From positions 942,576 to 1,006,575 of the forward strand of contig CAVQNT010000002.1 in NCBI GenBank assembly GCA_963714275.1: a DNA stretch of 64,000 bases, given 5' to 3'. Positions 22,121 through 32,385 of the stretch are shown here, piece by piece (position 1 is the first letter of the stretch; each line of letters starts with the position of its first letter). The notes under the pieces are model-generated. The model ran no database searches. It saw only the letters and a program-made list of their open reading frames with translations, and had not been told where the DNA came from. The position numbers were made by a program, and so were the translations under genes. The stretch comes from Candidatus Bathyarchaeota archaeon (GTDB taxonomy: Archaea; Thermoproteota; Bathyarchaeia; Bathyarchaeales; DTEX01).

Positions 22121-22650
22121 AAATTTTAATCTTTTTCTTCTTATTTGTTCTCATGCGTTCGTGTATGTTTGTGCTTAGTGTATAGGTGAAGGTGTAAGTG
22201 TGTTTCACTAGCTCTATTTGCGAAGTTCGTAGCTTGTGATCTTGACAAATCTAATTCATTCGTTTTTGTTTCCTTCCCAACTACATAACCTAAACCCAAA
22301 AAGCCTAGAATCGTTCGCATTATAGTGTAAAAGTAAGCGTTCCACCAGCCCATCTTGAAAAACGGGGAAAACTCCCAGTAACTTACGCTATAGTACCAAC
22401 TGTTAAATCTGGGAGCTACAATCATCCAGTCTAAGTCAACAAGTCCAGAAGTTAACAAAACGACGGAGCCGAGAAGCAATAACACGGTTTTATCATTCAA
22501 TGTTTTTCCCTCAACGTTTCTTCTAGACTTAGACTATGATTTTCATTCAGACTTCAATTCTCCAAAAAAAATTAAGGAAGCCAATAATAAATGTATGAGA
22601 ATGAAAATTATGAATTTTACCTTCCTCTAATAACCAAACCAAAATCAAAA
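22121..22650 (+). repeat. ~530-bp direct repeat, copy 1 (copy 2 at 34511-35044)
   Basis: Near-identical sequence starting at the AAATTTTAATCTTTTTC palindrome site. Confidence 0.95.
22141..22500 (-). CDS. Small membrane protein (duplicated)
   Basis: Paralog of 34604..34906 with two hydrophobic segments. Confidence 0.6.
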   Translation of the reverse strand: MNDKTVLLLLGSVVLLTSGLVDLDWMIVAPRFNSWYYSVSYWEFSPFFKMGWWNAYFYTIMRTILGFLGLGYVVGKETKTNELDLSRSQATNFANRASETHLHLHLYTKHKHTRTHENK

Positions 22651-22692
22651 CCTTTTCCTATTTTATATTTATTTTACACAAATAGCTAGCTA

Positions 22693-22853
22693 AGTGTTTG
22701 GAATCATGGAAAAGGGGGAATCAGTTTCAAGGCATATTATGCCCCCTTAACCAGACGGGATTCACGATGTTTCCACTCAAAATCGCATGATAAAAAGTCT
22801 TATAAAAATTAGAGAACCATTAATAGCCATAAAACCGTTAGCTGCAGGTAATA
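22693..22853 (+). pseudogene. Internal remnant resembling an aldo/keto-reductase-like protein
   Basis: Reads MAPLNQTGFTMFP..PLIAIKPLAAG; bounded by AGCTAGCT and GCGCGCGC. Confidence 0.4.
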
Positions 22854-22980
22854 GCGCGCGCTAGCTAGAATGCAAGTCACGGAATCTACAGGAAAATGTG
22901 CATATAGCTCAAGTCCAGTTTTTATCTATTCAAAGACTTCTTTCTTAACCATGAATTTGTTCACTAAACAAAGGAAAACT

Positions 22981-23824
22981 TCACTGTATCATTTTGCCCA
23001 CTACACCTTTGGAGATTATGTGACCATGAGCTCTCCAGAGCTTGAACAAACTGCTCATTATCCCATCTATCGAAATCGTAGAGGCACAACCCGACAATAT
23101 CCATGTTGAATTGCCTACCCAGAAGCTCTTCGTATCTTAGTAGCTCAGTAGTCTTTGCATAGTCAACGAAAACCTCAGGTTCTCCAGCAACACGTAGTCC
23201 CGTAAATCCAGCTTCTTCTTCTCTTCAACAAGTGCCGTCCAATTGGATATAATTGTTTCAGATTTAACCTTTCCCCTTTTCAATGAACCATTCATAAGCT
23301 GACTTCAATGTAAAAGCTTCTTTTTCTAAGTTGTCAAGGTCAATGCCATATCTCTTGGCTTCTCGAACCTTCGAATCCAACTTGTTTTCCGATACTAGGT
23401 ATACAACCGCTTCATTTTTGAGTAGTCCCGCTTTTAGGTATGGAAATGTTATCCTGTTTTTGAAGTCTTCATCAGTATATAATGCTAAGGCATGGTCTCC
23501 TAACCTAAGATTTTGGGCATATCTCGCGCATTCTGAGCAAAACAAAATAATTGAACGAAAATCCTTAATCACTCCAGTCAATAACCTTCCTTTGTAAGTT
23601 AAACGGTATTTCTTACTTGAAGGCTCAAGTTCAACGAACTCCTTCAGAATTCTTAAATGATAACCAAAATCGCCATGATTACTCTTACCAATCATGTTAA
23701 GGAGTTCTATAAATGACAAATTTCTATCCAGCAAACATTCTACAATCTCTCTCCTAGCGGGATGCGAGATGACTTTAAAGAATCCATTATTAAACTCGTT
23801 CTGAAGATTCATAACTTCAAGCAT
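22981..23824 (-). CDS. ArsR-type wHTH plus MEDS sensory-domain regulator, frameshifted ~23265 and ~23220
   Basis: FKVISHPARREI..GYHLRIL..YRLT.KG, then DHALALY..YLKAGL..EAVVY; continues GFTGLRVAGE..LLRYE..LCLYD..H to TGA at 22981. Confidence 0.82.
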
Positions 23825-24194
23825 GAAAGAATATTATCAATTATTTATCTGTTTGGTGAAATAAATTTCACTTGTTGTAACTGATTAGCTACGGCATTTT
23901 TACTTAGCTTTGGCTATATCTAAGGCTGGTGTAACCACAAGTGATGATGGCAGCGACAGCTTCTTCAAGTAGTGAGCTATTTCACCTATTGGAACAGATT
24001 TCCAGATAACAGGACCTTAATTGAACAGCCTAATCCAATAAAAATTAAAGTTAAGATTCCAGTTCCTAGCTTTTGGCTTATAATACCCTTAACAATTGCA
24101 GTCTTTTTAAAAAACTATCATAGTCTGATCATTCTACGTGTGATGTGGAGAAAAGTGTAGATATGGAAGAAAGAAGGTGGGAGTGCGTAGAAAT

Positions 24195-24220
24195 GTGTGT
24201 ATGGAGATTAAATTTTAATC
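24195..24220 (+). repeat. Dispersed palindrome site
   Basis: GTGTGTATGGAGATTAAATTTTAATC. Confidence 0.65.
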
Positions 24221-24292
24221 CTTGTTATTAGCCAAGTATTTGAGAGACGGAAAAGAACCGTGGATGCCAAGGATTGCAGTTACATCAGGTAT

Positions 24293-24532
24293 CTAATGTT
24301 TTGATCTTACATTTGGAAGTTTTCCCAGTTCATCTAAGCCTATCAGGAAGGTAGAGATTGAAGATAAGGCAGTAGACACTAGGAAGATTGTTAATAATTG
24401 GTTGTTTTGGGTTAAGGGGAAAGTGGGTGTTACCAAATTGGTTATGGGAAGGTAAATTGCCAGAAGCGAAACTATCCATATATTTAGAATAATAAAAAGA
24501 AAAATGTATAGTAGCTTCTTTTTCGGGTTCAA
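24293..24532 (-). CDS. Small 2-TM membrane protein
   Basis: Directly downstream of 24544..25071; two hydrophobic helices. Confidence 0.6.
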   Translation of the reverse strand: MNPKKKLLYIFLFIILNIWIVSLLAIYLPITNLVTPTFPLTQNNQLLTIFLVSTALSSISTFLIGLDELGKLPNVRSKH

Positions 24533-24543
24533 GTTCTGTTTGC

Positions 24544-25071
24544 CTAAGTGCTTTCAGCTGTCACTGTGATAGTTACAATAGTTGACTGATTTGAGGTAAC
24601 TGATTTAGCTGTGGTGGTTACTTCGAAGTCGAAGGTCCAAGTTCCTAGCACGTCTAGAGTGATTGCGCCAGAGTTTGGCGAAGCTAATGATAACGTGCAT
24701 ACTATTTCATTTATGCTATGGGCTCCTCCGGAGGGTTTTGTGATAATTTTTACGGCAACGTTGAATGTTGAGTAATAGGTGCTTTGGCTTGCTAGGTTAC
24801 TGCTCAAGTGCATGTAAACGTTGGTTTTTGTTGTTGTAAGCGTAATGGCTGCTCCAAGATTCGTAACATTTGATTTCGTATAAAATAGAGTCTGTCCCTC
24901 TTCCAGATTATCTAAAGTAGAATTTTTCAAAGTTATAGTTGCAATCTCTTTAATGGTCTGCGTTACTTGTTGCTGTGCTTGTTCATAGACATATGCTGAA
25001 ACCGAAACTGCAGCAATGCTCAGTATTAGAAAAAGAACACTGAGTAAATTCTTTCTTTCCAATATAGACAC
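24544..25071 (-). CDS. Secreted Thr-rich beta protein, candidate fibre or pilus subunit
   Basis: Signal peptide ending VSA-YVYEQ; Thr-rich with a terminal beta strand (IVTITVTAEST). Confidence 0.7.
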   Translation of the reverse strand: MSILERKNLLSVLFLILSIAAVSVSAYVYEQAQQQVTQTIKEIATITLKNSTLDNLEEGQTLFYTKSNVTNLGAAITLTTTKTNVYMHLSSNLASQSTYYSTFNVAVKIITKPSGGAHSINEIVCTLSLASPNSGAITLDVLGTWTFDFEVTTTAKSVTSNQSTIVTITVTAEST

Positions 25072-25185
25072 TCCTGTATTTTTTTTAATTTAACTTGAAT
25101 TCAGTAATTTAAAAAACGTTATGAACATACTGTATGAACCCTTAATTCATTATTTTGAAATACTGATTATACAACTGTTTTTTTA

Positions 25186-26256
25186 ATGACTAAAAAATCG
25201 GTTCAGTTGGTTTTCCTATTAATCATAATAAATTTTATGATACCTAGCTTTGCATATGCTTTCATTTATGAGCAGCAATCACTTAACTTCACTCAAACAA
25301 TAATGAAAAAGTGGTTTAATAATAATTGGAATTATCGAAAAAGTCATATTATTAGTGGGATTGGAACAAACGCAGGAACTAACTACCAGATTAGGATTGT
25401 TGTAGTAAATGGTACTGGAACTGACAACGGAGAGACGGTATATATTAATAATAAGGTTAGAAGCGATTTCGGTGATATCCGATTCACTACTGTAAACGGA
25501 ATTCTATTGGATTATTGGCGGGAATCTTTGAATGTTGATAAGAATGCAACTTTTTGGGTAGAGATAGCAGGCAACTTAACTGGACAAATACAAACAATCT
25601 ATCTTTATTATGGCAATCCCATAGTAACTACAACAAGCAGTGGAGATAATACCTTCATATTCTTTGACGATTTTAGCGGAGACTTGAGCAAATGGAATAT
25701 TCACATAGATACGGATGTAGTCATTACATCTAGTTATGGTAATCCGGCTCCAAGTTTGGAAATAGGTGGGGGTTTTACAGATTGGCCTTATGGATTTGCC
25801 GTTATTGGTTCAGACGCAATTTATACTGGGTTCCAAAATGGCATAATAGAGGCTGATGTTTACCCGGCAACAGACGCACTTCCCGAAATTATATTCAGAG
25901 GAAATTATTCAGCAAATACTGGCTATAAAGGAAGATGGGATTGCCGTTCTGACGAGGAATCACCATGGATGACACCTCCATATAGCGATTGGGAAGCTTT
26001 CGGCGACGATGTAACGAGATTTGGCATTGCAAATCAGTGGCAAAAAGTAAAACTAGCCATAAATGATTCCACATTCGAGATATACAGCAATAACAACCTT
26101 AAGTCCACTGTAACAGAAACACAGTATTCAGGACCAGGTGAAATTGGATTAGCAAATCATTATGGGGCATACGCCAGGTTTGATAATGTCAGAGTAAGAA
26201 AATATGTAGAGCCTGAACCTTCACATGGCATTTGGGGCAACGAACAAACCCGTTAA
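25186..26256 (+). CDS. Secreted DUF2341-domain protein with ConA/LamG-like domain
   Basis: WNYRKSH..NYQIRI..DFGDIRFT..LDYWRE..FWV..IYLYYGN..TFIFFDDF..FDNVRVRKY..EP. Confidence 0.88.
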   Translation: MTKKSVQLVFLLIIINFMIPSFAYAFIYEQQSLNFTQTIMKKWFNNNWNYRKSHIISGIGTNAGTNYQIRIVVVNGTGTDNGETVYINNKVRSDFGDIRFTTVNGILLDYWRESLNVDKNATFWVEIAGNLTGQIQTIYLYYGNPIVTTTSSGDNTFIFFDDFSGDLSKWNIHIDTDVVITSSYGNPAPSLEIGGGFTDWPYGFAVIGSDAIYTGFQNGIIEADVYPATDALPEIIFRGNYSANTGYKGRWDCRSDEESPWMTPPYSDWEAFGDDVTRFGIANQWQKVKLAINDSTFEIYSNNNLKSTVTETQYSGPGEIGLANHYGAYARFDNVRVRKYVEPEPSHGIWGNEQTR

Positions 26257-26272
26257 TGTATTGTAAATAGAG

Positions 26273-26464
26273 TCAGCGAGCTCTCATGCAACGATGTAAA
26301 TGTTGTGTCTTGATTTCTCGTTCACATCTTTCCATTTCACGATATTTTCCGCAGTAGCCTACCTCGCCAAGGTTACGGCATGTGAACGTACTCGGCTGAT
26401 AATATTTGCATTTATATGAGTATTTACATGCGAAGAAATTCTTTAGAATCGTGGTAATCTGCAC
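26273..26464 (-). CDS. Small Cys-rich protein (duplicated at 37908..38075)
   Basis: CKYSYKCKYY..TC..YCGKYR retained in both copies. Confidence 0.5.
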   Translation of the reverse strand: MQITTILKNFFACKYSYKCKYYQPSTFTCRNLGEVGYCGKYREMERCEREIKTQHLHRCMRAR

Positions 26465-26676
26465 ATAGGGTCACTCGAGTATTATAATGCCTAGTATCTT
26501 TCTGCAGAGAGAACTAATGATTTGTGAAACGCACATTCAGAGTTCAGTTTAGAAGGACTGACTCATAGGAAAAGAAAAAGTGAAAAAACAAGAATGAAAG
26601 AACGAGAAAACGGATAAAAGGTTTGGGTTAAGGGATTGAAATTTATTAGATGACTGCTAGAAGATATCTGGAAGAC
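26278..26676 (+). repeat. ~400-bp direct repeat, copy 1 (copy 2 at 37888-38289); contains a G-tract/palindrome site at ~26621-26647
   Basis: Near-identical sequence in both places. Confidence 0.95.
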
Positions 26677-26736
26677 TTAATATTATATAGTCTTTTATCA
26701 ACCGATTTTACGGACAATTATCTTTGCCCACTAATG

Positions 26737-26982
26737 TTAGTTAACCGAACGAACCTTCCCGTCTTCAAATCTCTTCTCTCTCCAATGTAATATAATGACC
26801 AACCAATGAACCATAAGAAACCAGATTGCTGGAAGAGCTGCAAAAACAAACAGTCTACTTTTGCCATGCCTACCTTCAATTGACATAATAGCAAAACATA
26901 ATCTCACTAGAAAAAGCGTTAAGCAGAACACCTGATCCCAAGGAGTACAATATCGGCATAATATGATCATGATGCCCAGCAT
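26737..26982 (-). CDS. Small membrane protein (start uncertain)
   Basis: Hydrophobic 81 aa ORF divergent from 27067. Confidence 0.4.
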   Translation of the reverse strand: MLGIMIILCRYCTPWDQVFCLTLFLVRLCFAIMSIEGRHGKSRLFVFAALPAIWFLMVHWLVIILHWREKRFEDGKVRSVN

Positions 26983-27066
26983 AATGAGAAAATAAAAATA
27001 CCCCTAAAAGATTCACCTAGCATTGTGATGATACATCGTCAAAGTTTGTCAAAGAGTGTGAAATAG

Positions 27067-27279
27067 ATGGAACAAAAATCAAAAATGCTTGGAGCGATCG
27101 TTATTATTGGGTTTGTCGGATTTCTATTAGGCATAGCGGTTAACTTCGTCTACTTTAAAGCATTGCCAATCCTTCTTGAGGTCTTTCCTCAAATCTTGGA
27201 GATGGATTGGATAATGTGGGGACTTGTCGGAGCTTTTCTAGCAATAATATGTTGCCTAATCTACGCATATCTACCATAA
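27067..27279 (+). CDS. Small 2-TM membrane protein
   Basis: ATG ORF with two helices and a GTGTGA-type RBS. Confidence 0.7.
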   Translation: MEQKSKMLGAIVIIGFVGFLLGIAVNFVYFKALPILLEVFPQILEMDWIMWGLVGAFLAIICCLIYAYLP

Positions 27280-27318
27280 AGGATGAGGTAGTGTTCTCCC
27301 GAACCTAAAGCCTTTGAG

Positions 27319-28011
27319 GTGAGATGTTTGATAAATGAATCTACTCTTCAATATATTTCGTCAAGGTGGACGGATTCTGAAGGACAGATGATTTCAACAT
27401 GTTCAGTTTATGATCCAGTTCAAATTGAAATACAAGTTGAGAATCCAATGCGAAAAAAAACAATTTCAAGCCTAGTAGAGGTGGAGATCTACAGAGATAC
27501 TGTCACCTTACTTGCCGAGAAGGTAATGAAAGAATTCTTCGCGTTGGCACTTTCTCCGCTTTCAACTGAAAAAACGCTTGTCAATTTCACACCTTCGCAG
27601 GAATCAAGATATCACTACAAGATTCGAATCGAAAAAAAGGAAATCTACTGCCAACCGAAAAGTAATCCTCCAAGGCTATATGCTTCTAAGAAAGAAAGTA
27701 CTCTCACTTTAGACGAACCCTTAAGTATCGTTCAGGCAAATTCAACTATACATTTCACTGGAAAAATGGTCAGCACTAATGAAGGAGAAAGCATAGATGG
27801 AGCCAGAATCCATATTTTTGACGTAAGACGTACGAGGAGGGATAACCTTATGGCTTCTGGGACTACTAGAAGCGATGGGACTTTCAACATAGAATGTATA
27901 GTCAAAAGAATGGGTTGGTGGCGCAACACCATTGATATCTATTCAAAGTTTGATGGAGACGACGTATATAAGCCATCGGTAGGCAATCGATACACTATTA
28001 GGTTGACATAA
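27319..28011 (+). CDS. Hypothetical protein with Ig-like domains
   Basis: GKMV..GESIDGARI..TRSDGTF..FDGDDVYKPS Ig-like signature. Confidence 0.7.
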   Translation: MRCLINESTLQYISSRWTDSEGQMISTCSVYDPVQIEIQVENPMRKKTISSLVEVEIYRDTVTLLAEKVMKEFFALALSPLSTEKTLVNFTPSQESRYHYKIRIEKKEIYCQPKSNPPRLYASKKESTLTLDEPLSIVQANSTIHFTGKMVSTNEGESIDGARIHIFDVRRTRRDNLMASGTTRSDGTFNIECIVKRMGWWRNTIDIYSKFDGDDVYKPSVGNRYTIRLT

Positions 28012-28241
28012 AACTCGAATAGTCAGCTAAGTAACGGCAATGTACTTTTAACATCTAGCTGGTTAACGATGAGTCCAGAAAAAGAATTTAGGTATAGCTC
28101 TTGGATTTGGTGGTTTGCCTGTTACTACCACAGAAACAAGCTTAGACATACATGTTTTCGTCTAGAGTTTTTTGTGCGATATATGTCTGTCTGTCCGTCT
28201 CTCCGTCTGACTGATCGTCACGGAAGGTAGAGAGAGCGTGT

Positions 28242-28268
28242 GTTTGGGTTTGGGGATATAAATTTAAT
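28242..28268 (+). repeat. Dispersed G-tract/palindrome site
   Basis: GTTTGGGTTTGGGGATATAAATTTAAT. Confidence 0.75.
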
Positions 28269-28375
28269 TACTTAGATGCTGTTAATACGAGATGAATATT
28301 CAGAATACTTTTTTTACCATTGGAATCTGAAAAAGTAGAATTCTTAACGGTTCAATTAGCTGTTTTCAATTTACT

Positions 28376-29575
28376 TTACATTGCTGTTGATGGTGCCAAT
28401 TTGTTGCCGCACTTGTTACAGTATGTTGAGTCGCCCGCGTTTTCTGTTCCGCAGTTTGAACAAATCAACATCGTGTTGTTAGGTGTAATCTTCCTTGTCG
28501 TGTTCACGTTGTCCAGAGAGAATGGAGGTGCCCACTGGAAGCCTTTTTTGTACGAGTAAATGTAGGGTATGGCGAGGTCTACGTTTTTGCTTGCTTGTAT
28601 TGCTTTGTAGACCTTTTTCGAAATTTCGTGTATTACTATAGGTCTGTCCGTGGCTAAGGTCATAAACCTGAGCCTCATAAAGACGCCGTACCAGTCAGTC
28701 ATATCCGCTCGGATGTATGGCTCTTGGCCCGTTTTTTTGATAACATCTGCAGTCACTTCTTTTGCTGCGTCGAGGAGAATTTTTTCTGCTTCATCCCAGT
28801 CTGAGTCGAAGCTCAGCCGCAATACGAACTCGTCAAGCATGAAGGCGGATTGAGGCGACCCAGCCATTGCTTTACGTTTGTTCGACAGCTCAATGAGTTC
28901 GCCCTGATCCTTCGGAGTGTAATTTATTACAAGCGCACTGAACAGCATGGCGTTTGGGATCAAAATGGTTCTGTTCGCAGGCTCCTCGCTTCCTACGCTT
29001 CCTCCTACCTGATTCAATATCGTGTACAAGGGCGTAATGTGGACGACATCGCCCACAAGCGCATAAGAGGGAAGCTGGACCCTGTCTCCGACGCTGAACG
29101 GTCTGATTACAGAAACGAGAAACCAAGCTGCGAGACCGCTTATGGGTCCCTGTAGAGACCATCCTAGGAACATTCCGCCGAAGGATGCGAAGATAACTCC
29201 AAGAGTTCCTAACGAAAACCAACTTGACAATAACGTGAGTATTCCAACCGTTATTATGATGAACTTGTAGACTCCCTGAAGCATGCCGACCTCGCCTTCT
29301 TTTCCTCCCATTTTCAGCATCAGCGACTTGAGGAAAAACGAGCCTATTCTGTAAAGAACTATAAGGCTGGCAATGACAAGGACCAAAACAATGAGTTGAT
29401 TCGTGTATTCGAAGGGAGCAACAAGCGATTCTCCGCCGAGCTTAAAGTACCAGAAAAGAAAAATGCCTGTGATGACAATTGTTAAAGGCAGAACCAATTG
29501 CTCTTTTTTCATTTCGAGCACGACTCCGAGTGATAAAACTATTAAAAGAAGCAACCATTCATTTAAGTGTTCCAT
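28376..29575 (-). CDS. MscS-family mechanosensitive channel with C-terminal zinc ribbon
   Basis: GWSLQGPISGL..RPFSVGDRV..GDV..IPNAML..INY; C-terminal CSNCG..YCNKCG. Confidence 0.88.
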   Translation of the reverse strand: MEHLNEWLLLLIVLSLGVVLEMKKEQLVLPLTIVITGIFLFWYFKLGGESLVAPFEYTNQLIVLVLVIASLIVLYRIGSFFLKSLMLKMGGKEGEVGMLQGVYKFIIITVGILTLLSSWFSLGTLGVIFASFGGMFLGWSLQGPISGLAAWFLVSVIRPFSVGDRVQLPSYALVGDVVHITPLYTILNQVGGSVGSEEPANRTILIPNAMLFSALVINYTPKDQGELIELSNKRKAMAGSPQSAFMLDEFVLRLSFDSDWDEAEKILLDAAKEVTADVIKKTGQEPYIRADMTDWYGVFMRLRFMTLATDRPIVIHEISKKVYKAIQASKNVDLAIPYIYSYKKGFQWAPPFSLDNVNTTRKITPNNTMLICSNCGTENAGDSTYCNKCGNKLAPSTAM

Positions 29576-29602
29576 TACATATGAGTGACAAAGCTAGCTA
29601 GC

Positions 29603-29822
29603 AAGCATATCAAGAACAGAAAAGACAGTAACAGCAATTATTGATTCTTGGTGCAATCGTAGTAATAGTGGTTGTAGTCGTCGTAGCAGTGATGATGCGA
29701 AGAAAAAGATAAAAACGGCGTCTTTTCTGCTGTTAATTTTCGATAGACTCGATTCTCACTCCTTTGTCCGCAACTTTCGTGATGTAAGCTTCTCCGCCTT
29801 CCTTGTTTATGGCTTGTGCAAC
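29603..29822. pseudogene. Remnant made of the 3' end of a TM-anchored surface gene (+) and the convergent 3' end of a GHMP kinase (-)
   Basis: (+) LLILGAIVVIVVVVVVAVMMRRKR*; 29703-29822 matches 44951-45070; flanked by AGCTAGCTAGC and CTAGTCAGCTAG. Confidence 0.8.
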
Positions 29823-29874
29823 TAGTCAGCTAGCGTTCTCGCACTCTCTGAGATTTCTTTCGTGTTCATTTGAG

Positions 29875-30279
29875 TTAAATGGTTTCTGGCTTTATTCGTG
29901 TTAGTCCGGGGACTCTGTCATAGGCTTGGTCGAATGAGATGATCTTTCGGTCCAGGTTCAGTGAGGCTGCTGCATAGTGTGAATCGAAGAATGTTAGGTT
30001 CAGGGTTTGTCTCAGATAAACGCTTGCAACAGCTGTGTCGGGTTTCAGTGCGACGTATTCTACGTTGGGCAGGGCTGCTATTGCGGCTAGGTCTCTCAAC
30101 AGTTTATTTTCCATTTTTTCGGCTCGGTAAATCAGCTCCATTTCAATTAGGCTGACGCTTGAAACTTCTACCGTGATTTCTCCATTCTTAAGTTTTTGGA
30201 AGATTGTTTCAGCGGTTTCGTGGTTGGGGTCATACTCGTTTAAGTAGGCGAAGATGACGTCGTTTTCTAAGAGGGGCAT
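29875..30279 (-). CDS. vapC: PIN-domain toxin (VapC family)
   Basis: LLENDVIFAY, IEME, TFFDSHYAA, SFDQAYD. Confidence 0.88.
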   Translation of the reverse strand: MPLLENDVIFAYLNEYDPNHETAETIFQKLKNGEITVEVSSVSLIEMELIYRAEKMENKLLRDLAAIAALPNVEYVALKPDTAVASVYLRQTLNLTFFDSHYAAASLNLDRKIISFDQAYDRVPGLTRIKPETI

Positions 30280-30527
30280 CTGTTTCTACTCCGTTCTTTC
30301 TTTGCCTCGTCTTCAGCGATTAATTCTGCCTCTTTTCTCAGATTTTTGAATGGTTTTTTGATGTTGAATGCGCCGTGTAGGATTCGTAGCGGATCGGATG
30401 GCAGCGGGATTATCTTAATGTGGTCTCCAGCATTCACTATTAGCACTTTTTTCTTGATGTCTAGAGACTCCCGGATTTCCTTTGGCAGTGTGAGTCTTCC
30501 TTTGCTGTCCATATTTAAAATGCTCAA
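30267..30527 (-). CDS. AbrB-family antitoxin
   Basis: MDSKGRLTLPKEIRE; overlaps the PIN gene. Confidence 0.9.
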   Translation of the reverse strand: MSILNMDSKGRLTLPKEIRESLDIKKKVLIVNAGDHIKIIPLPSDPLRILHGAFNIKKPFKNLRKEAELIAEDEAKKERSRNRCPS

Positions 30528-30575
30528 ATTTCCACCTGAGCGGAAATTTAGCGTTAGGTGGGATTTAAACTTTAT
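30527..30575 (-). promoter_or_regulatory. TA operon promoter with inverted-repeat operator
   Basis: AAATTTCCACCT..AGGTGGGATTT imperfect inverted repeat next to minus-strand AAAGTTTAAAT (BRE/TATA-like). Confidence 0.5.
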
Positions 30576-30793
30576 TGCCTTTAAAGTGGGACATTATTCA
30601 GATTGCGCGTGATGTTTCAGTTATCTGGCATTTTAGAATTTGCCTCTGAGCCTTCTTTATTAGGAAGGCTTTATTCATTAACAGGAAATTGGTTTCGGCG
30701 GATTTTTAATGTTCATGCGTTTTTTCTGTTTAAAGCCATTTTATGGTTTTTGTTAAGCCTTCTTTCAAGTTCACCTTGGGCATCCATAGCTGA

Positions 30794-31027
30794 CTAAAGC
30801 GCTTTATCAAGTTTTGAGGAGTTTGTCTTCACTCCGGTGTTGTCGGGTTCTATGTTAAACAAGGGGTCCTCATCAATAGCGATTTGTGTACTGATCCAGT
30901 GCTGAACGGCTTCCCGTACGCCTTCCTTTATAGTCAGCTTCCTCTTCTTCGCAGCCTTCACGAGGAACTCGTATTCTTTCTCATCGAGCTCGGTCTGGAC
31001 CGCTTTTCCATTAGCCAAATCATTCAC
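30794..31027 (-). CDS. Ribbon-helix-helix/CopG-like orphan antitoxin, probably 3'-truncated
   Basis: VQTELDEKEY..AKKRKLTIKEGVREAV..DPLF..SSKLDKAL; stop falls in a TAGCTGACTAA motif and no toxin follows. Confidence 0.65.
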   Translation of the reverse strand: MNDLANGKAVQTELDEKEYEFLVKAAKKRKLTIKEGVREAVQHWISTQIAIDEDPLFNIEPDNTGVKTNSSKLDKAL

Positions 31028-31116
31028 CGTTTAAATGAGAAAATCACATTTTTATTAAACATTTTTGTTTTTCAACGGCTGAAACCATTGTTTCCATACG
31101 GCTGTTGCTCAAGCGC

Positions 31117-31341
31117 TCATCGGTTTTCAGGACATTTAACATTTTGGTTTTGGAGTTTCTCGGCATCCTCGTCTTCCAAGTAGAGTTCCAGTGCTTCTTC
31201 GAGGTTTCTTAAGGCTTCCTCCATGCTTTTGCCTTGGTTAGCTGCATCTAGCTTTGGGCATGATGCTACGTAGATGTTTCCTTCTTTCCAGACGACAGCT
31301 GAGAATCCTAAGGTTTTGGCGACTTCCATGAGCGTCTTCAC
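31117..31341 (-). CDS. hicB: HicB-like antitoxin (orphan)
   Basis: VVWKEGNIYVASCPKL..QGKSMEEALRNLEEALELYLE. Confidence 0.82.
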   Translation of the reverse strand: MKTLMEVAKTLGFSAVVWKEGNIYVASCPKLDAANQGKSMEEALRNLEEALELYLEDEDAEKLQNQNVKCPENR

Positions 31342-31461
31342 CTATAACCATACGAGAGTAAAGGCCTTGAGATAAGCATCTCTTTCCTATTTGTCTTGTT
31401 TGTTCTTTTTGAGGTTCTGGTAAGAGAGGTTGAAGGCTTCCCAGCAGCTTTCGGGGTTTCT

Positions 31462-31875
31462 CTACTCCCGTATCTTCTGCATCTGGATGTCTAGTTCCTT
31501 GAATTCCTTGTCGCTACCTGTTATCAGCTTGGCTTTTAGGATCTTTGCTGTTGCGGCTGCGTACGCGTCTGCGAGCGAGAGTGTGTGGGCGCTCTTGATT
31601 TTGGCGGCTTCACGCCACAATTTGTCGTCTCTTACCGGTACAACCTTTAGGCCGTAGAGGCGGAGGTTCCTAACTTTTTCTTCGGCGAGTTTGGGGTCTA
31701 CTCTGTGCAGAATGTAGTAGATTTCGGTTAGGTTGATTATGTTTATGTATCCTTCGGCTTTTCCGTTTTGTATTTTTTCGAGGCTGTCTCTTACGAGTTC
31801 CCCGCCTTCTTCGCCGAGGTAAAAGGCTAGAATAGCTTCAGAGTCAAACACCAGCTGCTCTGACACGTTTCTCAA
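31462..31875 (-). CDS. vapC: PIN-domain toxin (VapC family)
   Basis: VFDSEAILAFY, NLTEIYY, SLADAYAAATA, TGSDKEF. Confidence 0.9.
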   Translation of the reverse strand: MRNVSEQLVFDSEAILAFYLGEEGGELVRDSLEKIQNGKAEGYINIINLTEIYYILHRVDPKLAEEKVRNLRLYGLKVVPVRDDKLWREAAKIKSAHTLSLADAYAAATAKILKAKLITGSDKEFKELDIQMQKIRE

Positions 31876-32129
31876 TCTTCCTGTCTTTCGTCTGTTCTTC
31901 TTTTCTGGCCTCTTCCAGTAATTCTTTTGAGCTTTTGTCTCTGAAGAGGGTTTTTAGTGAGGCTGAAGTCTTGGCTGGGCGTGGGAACGGGTTTCAGAAC
32001 AATCTTTCCTTCTTCCTCTTCTATGAGCACCTTGTCTTTTATGCCGTATTTTCCTCTCAGTTCTTTGGGTATGGTTGCTTGCCCCTTCTTCGTGACGCTG
32101 ACAACTGTAACCAATCTAGACACCGTCAT
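31872..32129 (-). CDS. AbrB-family antitoxin (probable frameshift near C-terminus)
   Basis: VTKKGQATIPKELRGKYGI. Confidence 0.88.
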   Translation of the reverse strand: MTVSRLVTVVSVTKKGQATIPKELRGKYGIKDKVLIEEEEGKIVLKPVPTPSQDFSLTKNPLQRQKLKRITGRGQKRRTDERQED

Positions 32130-32385
32130 TACTTAGTAGGAAAGTAATACTTAAGTCTTTTATCCTTACCAGCTGGTTCAGTATTAAGCGAAGCATGAAT
32201 ATTCATGAATACGTTTTCGGACTTCCATGTTTCGGGCATTTCCTTTGTTCGCGGTTCCTGTAACGTGAGCTTCTTTTGGTTCATAGTACCATCTCTGTTT
32301 TTAGATTTGCTATCCGGTTTGCGTTTTTCGAAGTCCTGCATTCTGAAGAGAAGTAGTAGTCTCCATAATATTTAGGTCAGTTAGC

